Source of the DNA: Octopus vulgaris
Taxonomy: Eukaryota
DNA length: 64,000 nt
Reading direction: 5' to 3'
Assembly: GCA_951406725.2 (NCBI GenBank)
Contig: OX597818.1
Span: forward strand, 13,206,001 to 13,270,000
Under the pieces are notes generated by a model, which saw only the letters and a program-made list of their open reading frames with translations, was not told the DNA's origin and ran no database searches. Position numbers and translations under genes: made by a program. Of this stretch, positions 27,244 to 43,128 are shown piece by piece. Position 1 is the stretch's first letter. Each line of letters opens with the position of its first letter.

Positions 27244-29110
27244 ATTCTTTATTGGCCACACAGGGCTGAACACACAGAGGACAAAATACAAAGTAGAGCT
27301 TTTCTTTTGGGGAGAAAAAAGTGGGTAAAATTTCGATCAAAAGGAATCGTGTAAAAAAATAGCCGATCAATAGGGATGTCAATGTAAAATGGGAAAACAG
27401 ATTAGGTTTATCTGTGGAAAGAAAAGCCTATGGGAAAGATCACGGTAACCTTGGGCAATCATGTCATGCAAAAACACATTACATTAAGTGACTCTCCTTT
27501 TTCCTTTCTTTTTTTGTTTCATAGAATTATGCTCAAGCTGGCTCCGTCATTCACTCGTGCCATCCTTGCTACATTCACCCATCTTTGAAACATTCACTAG
27601 ACAAAACTTCCCTCTCTACTCTCACCTTCCTCTTCAAGTGATACTTGAAGAAGTTGATGAGAGATTGACCAGAGAGGAAAGTGTTTGTCTCTAGATCATT
27701 CAGACGTATCCACCATATACATTCTTTCACCATAGCCACCAGGACGATGAAAATGGCTCTTCCTTCCCGTTTCAATGAAGGAGGTGCGACAATATTAACG
27801 ATAGACTCGGTTGATAAACCGACTCGTCCCACACGCTATAGCAGTCGTTCGACATAGGCCCACAGGTCAGAAATGGTTGGACATTGCACGAGTGCGTGCA
27901 GGATGGTTTCGTCGCTCTCACCGCATCTTTCTCCAGCCATGCTGTAGAGCTTATCCCGAAACGGGTAGCGCTTCTCGATAGCACTGCCAGACCAGGGATC
28001 TCTGAAGGTTATTATACATCCCAGCCCGTCAGCCGTCTTGAACTGGCGGGTCAAGTATTCCTCGTCGACGTCCAGGTTGGCCCCGAGATCGTCGTCGAAT
28101 CCCCCCTTCACTAATCCCTTATAGAATGCTTTGGTGGTGTTGAAGTCGCTCAAGGTCGACATACTTGCTTGAGAGCAACGCGTCACTCGTGGTGTTATTC
28201 GCCCTTCCTCGGCCTCATTTTGATCCACGACTGCATTTCGATCATGAAGAGAAGCTGCGGGAAAGCGCGGCTCACAAACGGCAATCATACCTGTTCACCG
28301 TCGTCTACATAGAGATGTCGCAGTCTCAGGGCATGTCTGCGCATCATCAACCACGGCATGCGCAGCCATACTTTTAACGAGTGTTGGCAGCAAACGGATC
28401 GCCTGACCATCGAAACGCATCCTTTCCACAAGAAGCGGAGGAAGATATGTTCTAGTTTGGTTATGATAGTGTCGAGACAAGTCACGACGGTCAGGCGGTA
28501 GTAGATGATGGAAGCGATGTACGTATTCGCCACCTCCGCCCGACTTTTCAGGGACAGCTTTCTATCGGCCCATTGCCGAGCGAGAGTCACCACCCAACTC
28601 GTTATCTCGTTCCAGTTCTTCTCCATTTGGAGGTCCGTACCAAACCAGACCTCGAGCAACTCGGCCGGCATCCCATGACGGAGACGCTTGATGGACAGCA
28701 TGGGCATGCATCTCCAGGTGCCGAGCCGCAAGCCCACTGACTATTCCCGGTTGATTTTCGCTCCTGTTATCGCTTCGTAGTATTTCAGTGCCTCGCGACC
28801 AGCTCGATATGTTTCTGGCTAGACAATATGATGGTGACGTCGTCCGCGTATGCAGATACGCTCGTCCCACATTCCAATTTTCGCGGTATGCACCGCAGCG
28901 TTGCCAGCTGCCGCAGTAGTTTCCCGAGAGTCAATACGTATAGAATCGACGAGAGGGAGCATCCTTGACAGACCGAACGTGCAACGTCGAAGGGTCTTGA
29001 TAGATGTCCATTTACGTGAATTACCGAACGGATGCCTCTGTAAAAAGCAGGTATCCAACACCAGAAGACGGGACCGAAACTAGCCGCTCTAAGGTCAGCC
29101 TCCAAACGCC
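27244..29110 (-). mobile_element. L1/Tx1-like LINE, 5'-truncated ORF2 with frameshifts
   Basis: RT motifs VCQGCSLSSILYVL and SAYADDVT; W..RKLSLKSRAEVAN; CCHC CGESDETILHALVQCP; 3'UTR ending CCAATAAAGAA. Confidence 0.92.
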
Positions 29111-29115
29111 AAGTA

Positions 29116-29320
29116 AGGCGGTGAGCTGGCAGAATCGTTAGCACGAGTAAAATACTTTGCGGAATTTCATCCATCAGTACGTTTTGGGGTGAAATTACGG
29201 TGAGGTCGACTTTGCCTTTCATCCTTTTCGGGTCAGTAAAATAAGTACCAGTTGAGCACTCGGGTCGATATAATAGACCTACCTCCTCCCCTGAAGTTAT
29301 TGTTCAAAATTTGAAATCAG
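29116..29320 (+). mobile_element. SINE family 2 copy (tail B) abutting the LINE 5' truncation
   Basis: GGCGGTGAGCTGGCAGAATCGTTAGCAC head; GCCTTTCATCCTTTTCGGGTC..AAATAAGTACCAG centre. Confidence 0.85.
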
Positions 29321-32300
29321 TATTATAAATGCCTAGTCACTTGTTATGTTCCGTTTTGTTTGTTTCTTCTAGTTTGCTTTGAGAACTGCATTTAAAGATG
29401 CATTGCTAACTGAGTATACTATATTTGAATGAAGTATGCAGTTGCTCGTTGACAGTATCAAACATCCAATTAACGGTTTGGCAAAAATGTCAAGCTTTTC
29501 AAAGCAATAAACCAATATTTGGGTGAAGTTTCGTTCTTGCTAAATAATTTCTGTTGATTTATCTTATGATTAGAAATTCAGGTGATTGTTCCATGGAAAA
29601 CTGTTCCATGGAAATTTGAAGTAAATATTGACATTCTGTTTATGTGCATATTTGCAATGGTTTACTTTTTTCTTTTGGTAGCGATCAAAAGCTGAGGTAA
29701 TTTGTTTACGTAATAAACGTTTTCATATGTTATGAAGACAATTTTACTAAACTGCTACCTTTATTCTGTTTTCTAATAAATCCAGCCTCACTACATTTCT
29801 CGTTCTCTGCGATCATGCACTAAGAAAATTTGTATGAAAAGCGGCAGTAATCGGTCCACGAACTGAAGACGTTAAAATGAATACAACAAAGGAAGCTCTA
29901 TAGAATTATGATTTTTCGAATAGATAACACGTCATTTTAGTCAAAGGGAATGACAAGTCCTCAGTCACAGGAAAAAAATTCGGCACTTTCAACCGCGAGA
30001 AGACGTGATCATTACACGATATGTGTTGGGGAGAATAAGTGATGTAAAATAACAAGAATCAGAATAAACTTAACCCAAAGGAGTCTCGATGAAGAACAAC
30101 ATGAATAAAATGCAATGCTGCAAAAAATTATGGCTATATAAAAGAGTTCTAAATATAAAAAAAGGACGAAGCGCACGAAATATGGATGTCAATTCATAGA
30201 AATTGTTAAACGTTTCATATTGTCAACCAATTTTAAAAAAGATATGAACAAAAGACCAACAAATGAGAATAATATTGAAGAAAAGATAATACAGTCAAAA
30301 ATATTGTAGTGATATGGCTGTATGCAAAAATATTTGCGAACTCTATAGTGGTAGTCTTTTCTTATTTGAGTTTCCCCCATGCAAGCATAATCATATTATC
30401 TACTGGTAGAGAAACACTACCGTAGCTGCGTAATATAATGAGTAAACCTCGAAATTTCGATTACAGATACTTCAAATACAATATTATGTCGTACAAGCCT
30501 GCACGTGTATTTACTCCACGTAAAGCTTAGATATCCGATAATCTTGGCCTTAGTTTATATGGATTTCGCATTGGTGATCAAATCTATAAACGTGTGAGTA
30601 ATGTACATCTTCTTCGATGACCATATCAACGACTTTCTCAACGGTATGCAGATAAATAAGAGCAAACCACGTTTATACATTCGTGTATAAAATACTACGC
30701 AAAATGTCTTTCGGTGTAAGAGCTTAACACGCAACAGAACATAATAATCCGAATTTAGTAGTAAATATATTATTCAAGGGAGTTCGAAACAATGTTTGAA
30801 GACGTTATATTTTACCGATTGTGGATTAAGTAGCAATGATTTTTAGCAAAACATATACTGAAAGAAAAATTTTGATGAGTTTAATGCCGCATTTGAAATC
30901 CCGAAAAGGTGTTTGATATTAATTCAATCATATTAATTTCAAACCTTCATCCCGTGGCTTATACATTAGGTGTCCCTGTGGGAAAATAGGATGAGAAACA
31001 AACATAAGTAAATAGATATCAGTAAAATGAATACGTTCTATATCTGTGCTGTTGATAATATTCCAGCCATGCGCTATCGATAATCATCATTTGACGTCTA
31101 ACAGAAAGTACGGTTATTTTCCATCACAGGTTCAAGTATCGCCACAGATGTCATTGTGGTATATAATTCTCAAAGCCGGATATATTTACCACTGGTGATA
31201 TGCAGTCTTTCCCGAAATGTAAATAAAGCTTTTCTATTTCCGTTTAGACAGACCAAATATTATGGTTAGAAAGTTATCGATAAAATTCAAACATATCATT
31301 GAAAATTAATGTTTTGAAAAGTGTCTCAGAATATTACTACCCTATCAAATTCCAGGAATGGGTATTACACCATACTAATATTCTGATCATCTTAGACAAA
31401 GAAGAAGCATTTAATGACCCAAAATAATTGTAGATGTCTCCGCTGAAATACTTAATATATTATGGAAGCAAAATATGAAATTTCAGCAATGCATATTTCT
31501 CTGTTCCAGTAATCATTTAAATTCTAATGGTCATATATGGATAATAATAAACTTAGCAAATTTTCCCATGCAAATTTTACTGTACACACAGTGTGTTATA
31601 GATGACCAAATACTAATGTATAGATTGGAAACAATCCAGTTGACAACAAATAAGTTGTGTAGTAGATATTACAATTTCGGAATCAGCTGTCGCATTAATA
31701 CAGAAATATGTTATTCAGTAAAAGCAGTTAAATACGTAAGCGCTATTATAGGATGAATAATCAAACTAAAGAAATTAAAAAGGAATAGTGATTTGGTTAA
31801 GATGAAATATATAAAAATATGCCAAGTGTTAGAATACGAAATGCATGACGTCACGTGCAGTTGTAGAGATAGAATATTTGAAAAGAATAGAGGGCCTAAA
31901 CATATATCAGAATCTGTTAATCGAAGGTACTCATCTTTATTCAGCATGTACTGGTGTGAAGTCCTTTCTATTTGTCTATTCCGTACAAATATATTTTTGC
32001 TAAGGGAATTAATCTGTCGAAAGATAGGCTTTAAAGTTTCGGTAAATAATTTCCAAAATATTAATCTGAAAGAATCTAAATGCTTTTGTCTTCAAAAGTT
32101 TCACTTGCATATAAAGGGATTATCTTCCCTCCAGGTTTGCGGAGAGTGCAAGTAGCAATGAAATCTAATAAGGACAGAAGAATGCTACTATAGAAACACG
32201 AATGAAAGAGCTTCCTCCGATGAACTTCCTTGCCATAGTATGCCCGATAAAATATCCGGAAATTATATTAATCAAGGATATATCTTGTGCAAGACAAGAA

Positions 32301-32537
32301 ATATTTCAAAACAATGAAACATCTAAATAATGCATGGTTTAAAGGGGTTGGCAACATGCAGATGCCTGATCCTGGGACTAACTTATAAAATTTCACTTAA
32401 CAACAAGCCCTAGACAAAATGATATACTTCAAATATGAATCAATGGCTTGAGCAATGACAAATATTTGAATGTTTTATCTCAGAGGTCACATTTGACATG
32501 GGTGACTACAAATTTATTCATAGAATAGGAGAATGAG

Positions 32538-32752
32538 GGCGGTGAGCTGGCAGAATTGCCGGGCGAAATGCTTAGCGGTATTTCGTCTGCCGTTACAGTC
32601 TGAGTTCAAATTCCGCCGAGGTCGACTTTGCCATTCAGGTTCGATAAATTAAGTACCCGTTACGCACTGAGGTCGATGTAATCGACTTAATCCCTTTGTC
32701 TGTCCTTGTTTGTCCCCTCTATGTTTAGCCCCTTGTAGCTAATAAAGAAATA
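32538..32752 (+). mobile_element. SINE family 2 copy (tail C, LINE-like) with ~17-bp TSD
   Basis: Full head and centre. Flanks agaataggagaatgagg (32522-32538) and agaacaggagaatgagg (32753-32769). Confidence 0.9.
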
Positions 32753-35700
32753 AGAACAGGAGAATGAGGCAAATAAGGTTTGTACAATACATTAAGTGGT
32801 TATTTGAGATAAAGATAAAAAAATATGTTCTCTTTGTAAATACAAATTTAAGAACTGCCGAGTTACATGGGCGATCGCCACACTGCATATTTGCGATACC
32901 GAATGCGGATTCGGTAAAAAACTTTCAAGAAAATTTCTCCCTCTGAATCTAATCGTATATTCCAGATATTCGTTCTCATAAGGGGAAAAGTCAATTATAT
33001 TCTAAAATGTTTCAAAGATAAAGAGTATAGCCCTAAATTGAATTAGGAGAAATAATAAACCAGTTCAGTTGTATTCTCTTTGGGGGTACTCAAGAGTACC
33101 AAGCAAACAAGGATGAATTCTTTCCCTTCTTTCTGAAATTTACCTTGTTTCGTAACACAATGAATACAAGTATTATCAAAATACTTTAGGCTGTGGTTGT
33201 CGAAAACATATAACGAGGAAATATATCCTAAATTTAACGATGTCAGAGGTCAAGAAGAAAAAGATAATTTGCACAGACAATAAAACAATGCATTATTTCT
33301 TAATTGAATTATTGTATCGTAGTTTCGGTGATATCACAAACCAGAAAAGTAGAAAGGTCTAAAATACTTGAAGACACATCCTAAAACTACCCTAAATAAA
33401 TAGTTTCACTTTTGACGAGTGCTTCGCTAGTATATGTTATAAAGATACATAAATTTAGATAGATGATTCCAGTTTAATTATAGATAGCTTCAAGAAAATG
33501 TGCTGAAATATTTCCAGTTGTCTTCACCCATAGATTAAACTAAATGTTGAAGATTATGGCGAATTTTCGTAATATATTTAGTGATACTATTTGATAGTGC
33601 AACTAAAATGCAGTCTTTTGGAACGTGTAAATATAAGTAAGTATGTAGAACCAAGGTATGCTAAAATACTTTGCTTTAGAGAAATTATTTAAGGCGATAT
33701 CATAGGAAGTTTAGATGTTTCACTCTCACCGTATCAACATCTTCAAAATCAATTCTAACATTTACACGTAGCACATGTTTTAGTGGATCGAGTGGGTGGA
33801 TCAAATCGACGTATCTCAGCACTTTATTATGATTTCAATTTATCGACAATAAATGGGTGAATTGCACACTTTCCCTTAACGTAACAAAATACTGCAATAC
33901 ATTTTTTGTGGTCACTAAATTTTCTGTTTATTCCTTACAATTCTCAAACCTGTGATTAATATTACAATGAAACAACTCTTACAACATTTTATGATTATTA
34001 GGACGGTTGATAAATAGAAATCCATACAGTTCTAGATTAATATATTACAGCATACAATAACATCCAACGTAAAAATCCAAATTGAATCTTACTAAACATG
34101 TGTTTGAATTTTATGTAGCCAAGGCCCTCGTTGTCGTTTTTGTTGTTTAAACTTAGATTATTCTCGCTCGAGTAGACTTTTCAGGAAATCTTCCTCGGCT
34201 GTGATCATTTCATCCGTTTTGTGTTTCAGTAATTAAATCTTACAGTATGTGCTTAAATTCTTTTTTAAAGAAATAAGATACATGACGAAGGACGCTATCT
34301 ACTATTTCATAAGGGATACTTTACTCAAAATATGAATTAATCATAAACGCTAATCAATTTAATTGATGTACACTTCTATTGCATAATTTCGATTTACTGC
34401 TAATATAATAAACCAATGTTAACAGTTCATGTAAAATAAGTATCGGAATTGGAATTAGAATTGAAATTGCCAAGACTGGGATTCTAGAATATAAGGGAAA
34501 CATTTCAGAGCTTCTTTGAAATGAAGAAATATTTCCGCTAGCGTTAGTTCTCAATTCTACCGACAGCCCATAAATGCTACCTAGTTGCTTTGAATTCTAA
34601 CCTGGCTTTATATGAAATTATCTTTATAATATGTATTTATAACACCCATGTACGGATTAAACTGTAATATCGAACAAATAGATAACCTGATTTATTTGAA
34701 TGTCAGGCAGATGATTAACTGATGGTATCTTAAGGATGGGTTTGTGCATATGTAACCTTGGGTCACCGTCGTCGCCATCATCCTCATCATCGTCTATCAA
34801 CCGCAACACCCATATTCGCTGCTCCAACTGATAACAGCGGCAATAATCTTCTACCATCAACAGCGAACCCAAATGATCAGGACACCACGTGCTAATACAG
34901 AGCTATCAGAGATTCTACTAAACATTCTGGAGGCTACACATAGACATCACTAGTTTTCTAACCGATGCTTTGTCGAATGCCAGTATTTTGTTTTCCTCAA
35001 AAATGCATTTGGCCTGTCTAGTATTAATACACCTAGTTGCTACATGTTACACCGTACATTAGCCTACCTTGATGAACATTGGTAGTTTACATCTGCACCA
35101 TAGAGATAACTAATATCCAGTACACAGAACTGGATTGTTGGTATTTCAACGATGGGAAGCAATGGTAGTTTAACAAATATGAACATATGTTAGCTAAACC
35201 GCCATTACAAATATTGTACTTCGATTTTACGAATGTTTTATGACATTGTATATGATAACTGCAATAGCGCACATTATATAACTTTCATAATAATATTTGC
35301 TTCTTCTCACTTAGTTACATTGTAAGCGTGCCGACGTCATTTTCTCGCCATCAAAACCTAGTAGATTTCATAGGCTTGATCTTCATTATAAACTTAGTTG
35401 GCAAAATGTAAAGATTAACTTTAAATTCTAGTGCTGTCAAGGAATAGTAATCGCGACATTAAGTCGTACATTATAGGTTAAATCACTAACGACTGATACA
35501 TAGGTATTTATGTAGGTGATTCAAGTTATGTAGTTATGTACGCGATTTCTACTGAGACATACTTAAAAAATTTATATCAGATCAGCTAAAGTTTTTATAG
35601 TTATAGTACATCGATACTCTGGTCGGTCTCACTTTTGTATATATAACTTTCGGTAACTTAGATATGTATGTGAGCAAAGCCCAAATGTGGCGTGTATAAC

Positions 35701-36248
35701 ATACGGCATAGGAATTGTTTCTCCCAGGTGTAAAAGAAATATTTCACTAGATCATACTAAAATGTAAGTCATAAACATTAACACATCGAAACTCACCAAG
35801 AATATAAATTGGAATTAAGTCACACTCACGTTTCAAAGCTAAAATATCCGCGATTATTTTGCTTATTGGCAAAGACATATCCAAAATTATGAAGAGAAAA
35901 AAATATATATTCCGACACGTAGTACAAAATAATACTGTTAATACAATTATATAGATATTTACATACATACACAGACAGGCACATACGTTATCTATTTATC
36001 ACTTATATTTGTTTTTTTTTTGTCAGATTTATTGCTTTAAATATATATACTTAATATATTTTATAGATAGCTGTTTCTCATCATCAAAGGGTCAAGTAAG
36101 AGACTCTGTTTACGTGGACTAATGTTATAAATAAGTGACAACCCGAATAATTATAGGAAAGCAATAACATGATCGTCAACAATAACAGCGTAAAAAATAA
36201 AAGCAACAATATCAAGAACAACAGCAGCAACAACAACAACAACAATAA

Positions 36249-37765
<1,517 letters not shown>

Positions 37766-37767
<2 letters not shown>

Positions 37768-38697
37768 ATCTTGGCACTGATTCTAGCGCTGGGGATGTAC
37801 TACGGAAACAGCTGTTCACTACCAGGGAGCTAGGGAATCACCCCTTTTTTTCGAGCAACATCCGGAGTATTTGAGTGGTTCCAAGCATTGTTGTTTTCTG
37901 CAAGTGCTCCACCCTTATTGTATCTCCTAATTGTTTCATCTACTTCTCAAGATTTTTAATAACAGTTCCAAGGGCTCTGACAATTATTGCTACAACTACC
38001 ACCTTTTTCACCGACCACAACTGTTTAACGTCCCAAGCTAACCTGGTATGTCTATCAACTTTTCTTTCATCTTTATCGCAAACCTTGCTATCAACTGCAG
38101 CTGCTATATCTATGATCCAGCATCTTTTGCTTTCTTATTCAATTAAAACTATGTCTGGTTTCCTATTCTCTATGTCATGCTCGCCCTTAATCATAGAATC
38201 CCATAGGATCTTTTAATTATCATTTTCGATGATGCCTTCGGGTTTATGTACCATATATGTGCTCTGTCAAGTCCTTAATTGTTGGAAAAGATCCAATGCA
38301 CAGTCCTTGTTATATTGTCATGACGTCTCATAGTTTTTCTGGGCTAGTGGTATACATTGACTGGTAATATGCCATACGGTTTCGCCGTTTTGTCCAAAAT
38401 TTGTACACTTATCATTTTTTGATGTGTTGTTCACTGTGTATTTGATGTAATTGATTCTTAATGCTAGCTCTTGGGCAGTGTAAATTAGAGCCTCTCTTTC
38501 TGGTTTTAAATCACTTTTAGTCATCTATAGCTATCTCTGTCTGCCCTATCATCAACATCCCAATGAAATTTCCCATGCATGCTTTTCTTTATCCACCTAC
38601 TTTCAGTTTCGTTCATTCTCAAATGCTTGTACAGTGCTTTATCTTTGCAATCTTCCATCCTACACAAGCCTGACCTTCTTACTTCCAATAATAGAAA
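37766..38697 (-). mobile_element. R4/Dong-type 3' part (family B), degenerate
   Basis: DLKPEREALIYTAQELAL..GETVWHITSQCIPLAQK and NRKPDIVL. 3'UTR CTGGTAGTGAACAGCT..GTAGTACATC is shared with 62733-63392. Confidence 0.85.
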
Positions 38698-38699
38698 GG

Positions 38700-39395
38700 C
38701 TATATATACGTTGTATATATAGCCTTTCTATGTCAGATTTTGGGTGGTGCATCCTTGATCCTGTCATTATTTTTCTTGCTTTTGTGTCCAGTTAAGGAGA
38801 TAGTAGCTGTAAATTATAAGTGGGACGGTTAGAGTGTTAATACCTATTATCTTGTTTTTAGCATTGAGCTTGGTTTTCAGTATTGATCTAACTCGTCTAT
38901 GGTATTCTTTCTTTATTTTTCTTTCATTTCTGTGTGTTGTATCGTATCTAGTTCATTGATTCCTAAATATTTGTATGTTTGGCTTTGGTCTAATTCCCTT
39001 ATTTCATAGGCTTTATCTAGTGTGATGTTGCTACTCTTAACTAATTTTACTCTTTTCAGGATTGCTTTGGCACATTTTTCAAATCCAAATCTTATATCTA
39101 TTTCTTTGGTAGATCCATGTACTGTCTGTAGTAGTGTTTCCAGCTGTTTATTATTTGTAGCGTATAGTTTTAGATCATCCATATATAAACGGTGGATTAT
39201 TGTTTTGCCGTAACATTTATATCCGCATCCGTTCTATTTAGCATGTCAGATAAAGATGTCAGTGCCAAGCAGAAAAGGAAGAGAGCGTGTCTCTCTGGAA
39301 TATTCCTCTTCTAATGAGGATGGCTTTGGTTTTCACGAGTCCCTCTTTTGTTTTGAGTTGTAGCTTCTGTCTGTCATTTATTCAAAGAGTGTCTT
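38700..39395 (-). mobile_element. R4/Dong-type RT fragment (family A)
   Basis: YMDDLKLYA..FGFEKCAK..YKYLGI. Its 3' ~85 bp overlap the 5' end of the 36388-37681 copy. Confidence 0.9.
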
Positions 39396-39420
39396 ATGTA
39401 TTTTATAATTATCATCATCC

Positions 39421-39463
<43 letters not shown>

Positions 39464-39471
39464 TATTTTAA

Positions 39472-39502
<31 letters not shown>

Positions 39503-40383
39503 AATTATCATTATTAGTATCATCATTATCATTATTGATTAGACACAAAGGTTCACAAGAAGAACGTGAACCGTATAGCGTGTAAATTATTTTGAGCAAA
39601 AATGAAAACAACCGTAAGATAAACATTACTATTAGACGCGTAAGGTCCCCAATATAGAAAAGACACTTAGGTCCAATCACGGAACCCCATATACCTTCGA
39701 TTCCCTTTGCAACCATCTGCTATTAATGGGCTAAAGGCTCAACATAAGCTCATCTATTCGAACCATGCTAGCCGTTCACTAACATTGGCCAAATTTAATT
39801 GAGACCCACTTCAATATCCTTTGGAAATAAAATTTTAAACGTCTATGGGTGTTCGGCTGAAAGGAAGATGAATGCATGACGTCATTTTCCTTGAGATCAA
39901 CACAAAATAACTTTCATCCTACCCATCACACCTGAGTCAAATGCTTGCATTTCCTAACCAAAAACCTAAGGCCAAAAACAAAAAAGCGACGAAGATTTGT
40001 TATGAATTCGATCAATTATAAACAATCATAAATCAGCCCTACACATACCAATATGAAGTTTGACACGAATCTTGAAGTGAGTAATATTTGGACTTTAAAT
40101 CTATTGATCAATAAATGCAAGTAGAGTTATGTCAGATTTAGCAGCTCTTATCTACAACTCCAATGCCGAACTATCTTTCAGAACACACCAGGTTATTACT
40201 GAGAAAATAGTAAAATGCACGGGGTACAGATATAGATGCAAAATCATGGAAGGCTCTTCTGATTGCTTCCTGAATACTGGGTCCTATTTCTTACCTCTTC
40301 CGTGCTTTAGCTTGTGTGGTAGGTTTGTTTTTTGTAAATGTAAAAAAGCATCTTACGATCTGCTTTTGGTATATATATACATG

Positions 40384-40444
<61 letters not shown>

Positions 40445-41154
40445 GTGTGTGTGCATGTCTTTATGTGTGTGTGTGTGTGTTTGTATGCGTCGCATTGTCC
40501 ATGGGGATCATCGTATGGGGATCACAGAAGAATGTCTGTGACTTGTTGACTGTAAGGTGATAGTTTACCATATATGCTTCACTGTTCTTGCAATAAAAAA
40601 ATACCTATGATTTTTTGCCAACTTAAATGTCGTAACTATTCTTCTTGCCCTTTGTCATCACCACCTATCAGGACGCCGATTAAGAAAATTTCTACCATAA
40701 TTTTATGGTGTTCGTCGGCCATTAGTTAATCTATGAACACTTAGACCTCGACATACCACATAACAATTAAAATAAGTTCAATAACCGACAAAAATTAACC
40801 TCAATGTCTTGAGGATAACGAAGCGATGATAAGAAATCTTCAAGAAATAATGATCTTTACAATATTCAGCAATTAAGGAAAACGCTTGATTGCATCACAA
40901 ATGAAAGAAAGAGTTAGATGAGACTATTATAATGATATTAGAATATTTACTAGTAAGCATAATATTTAACACACAAGATACAAATTACCTGATTCAGTTA
41001 TGAATGAAATGATTTTCAACTCAAAGCTTTCATGATTACGACTTAAAGTCTCTATGGGCAATAACCTAATTTTGGTTTTGATAATGCTGTACCTTCATGT
41101 TCTCTTTTGCCTCATGTTAGAAGAAAGACTATACAATAATTTTACATGCACCCA

Positions 41155-41212
<58 letters not shown>

Positions 41213-41275
41213 CGCGATTCCGTTGAACTGAGGCACCAAGTCTGTTCTGTAAATTCCGTGCAGCTCGAAGTTAGG

Positions 41276-41355
<80 letters not shown>

Positions 41356-41738
41356 CATGTTTACGTTTATAAATTTGTGTTGCAAGTATCCTGATGTGAA
41401 GCCGTGTGTTAAATTAGATAAGTGTTATATTTCGGGACGGTAATTTTATTTTTTTTTCCAACTAATCGCACACTATATATTACAATGGAATAAGTAGAAC
41501 AAGAGGATACATGTGGATAGAAAGGGTCGCTGGAGAAGTGACAGATATGCCACTAAAAATTTATAAAGAATGGATATAAGTTAAAATAAAAACAAAAATA
41601 CACGAGTGAAGATCGAATATATAGTGAATGTGTTTACTTGAGAAAAATATGACCAACCCGAAATATATATATATATATATAATATACATACAGATATATA
41701 TATATATATATATATACATATATACACACATATATACA

Positions 41739-41780
<42 letters not shown>

Positions 41781-42005
41781 TATTTATATGTATATATATA
41801 AAATTAAATAAGGATAGAAATTGATATTAATCAATTAAAACCAGTCGCCTAGCATATTTAAAAAAATTCCGAATATTAACATTTTTTTACATACAAAATT
41901 AGAGGACTGGCCACTAAAAGAATGAACACCCTATATGCTAGATATAGACGTCACTAGCATATAGGCTGTCCATTTGTTTTAGTGGTTAGTCCATTAAAGT
42001 TTGTA

Positions 42006-42071
<66 letters not shown>

Positions 42072-42689
42072 TCACGGTGGCCATTTTTTGTCAAATAACA
42101 CTTGCATTCTCTATATATGTATGTATATATATATATATATATGCATATATGCATATGTATTTATATATACATATATATAAACATATATACATACATATCT
42201 ACATGCATGCCTTCCTACCTATACACATACACTTACATCAGAGAATAATTGGCATGGCAGGTTAAATCATATATTTACACCGACCTCGCTGTGTCTTTAA
42301 TGTCGGCCTGTATCTATTGTGAGCAGGCAGAAATAATTCGATGAAGCTTTAGCAGCATCTTCATGTGCATCAATAGTTAGCACTTGACCGATCTCTGCTT
42401 CAAGAATCGATATCTAAAATACAGTAGGTTTCTTTTTAGAGATGGGACTTAATATATCGTAAAAATAACGAAAAATATATTTCTTGTAAAACTTTAGAAA
42501 TAAATGCATTTCGCATTTCAGAGCTGTAATATATACATACATATTTAAAAGAGAATGACGTAGAAGTAAATGAAAGCGCTGAGATTCTAATAAACAGCCG
42601 CTTACTATGTATAGCTCTCTTGAATATAGATTCATGTTGTTAATAGTAATGTGCAGAGAATAGCTGTTAAACCGAGAATAGTTGGGTTT

Positions 42690-43128
42690 CTTTTATACTT
42701 TTAATCGCTGGTTGCTGAGCTGAGGTCTTGGGGGGTATACCCTTGAAATAATTAATCGAAAAATTCGACCCTAGGACTTATTATTTGCATTTCATGTCTG
42801 GTGTTTATTTTAGGAGTCTTTTTGTCGAACGGAGAACTTAAGAAGAAATAAAGAATCCAACACAGTTAGTCAAACGGTGATGAAGGACAGACAAATGCAA
42901 AAAACATAGACACAATTATACACTGACACGCACACACACATGCACACACATTCACACGTACACACACACTCACACACACACAAACACTCACACACATAAG
43001 ACAGAACTTCATATTTTCCGTCACAAGACCTTCCTCATTCTGGTGATTTAGTAGAAAATACTTGCTCAAGATTACACATAGTGTGACTGAACTCAAAATC
43101 ACAAGCTTTCTAACCACACTGCCATCCC
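42690..43128 (-). mobile_element. Highly degenerate SINE family 1 copy
   Basis: TTCGACCCTAGGACTTATT, TTTTGTCGAAC, ACTTGCTCAAGAT, ACTGAACTC and CCACACTGCC occur in the same order as in 832-1188. Confidence 0.65.

Noticed and set aside
28785-29222. ORF apparently extending the LINE RT at its N-terminus
   Set aside because: The first ~35 codons are antisense SINE sequence joined by chance.
43008-43038. HHR-like ATGAGGA-AGGTC..GACG-GAAA on the minus strand
   Set aside because: Explained as a deletion derivative of SINE family 1 sequence; no stem I or III.
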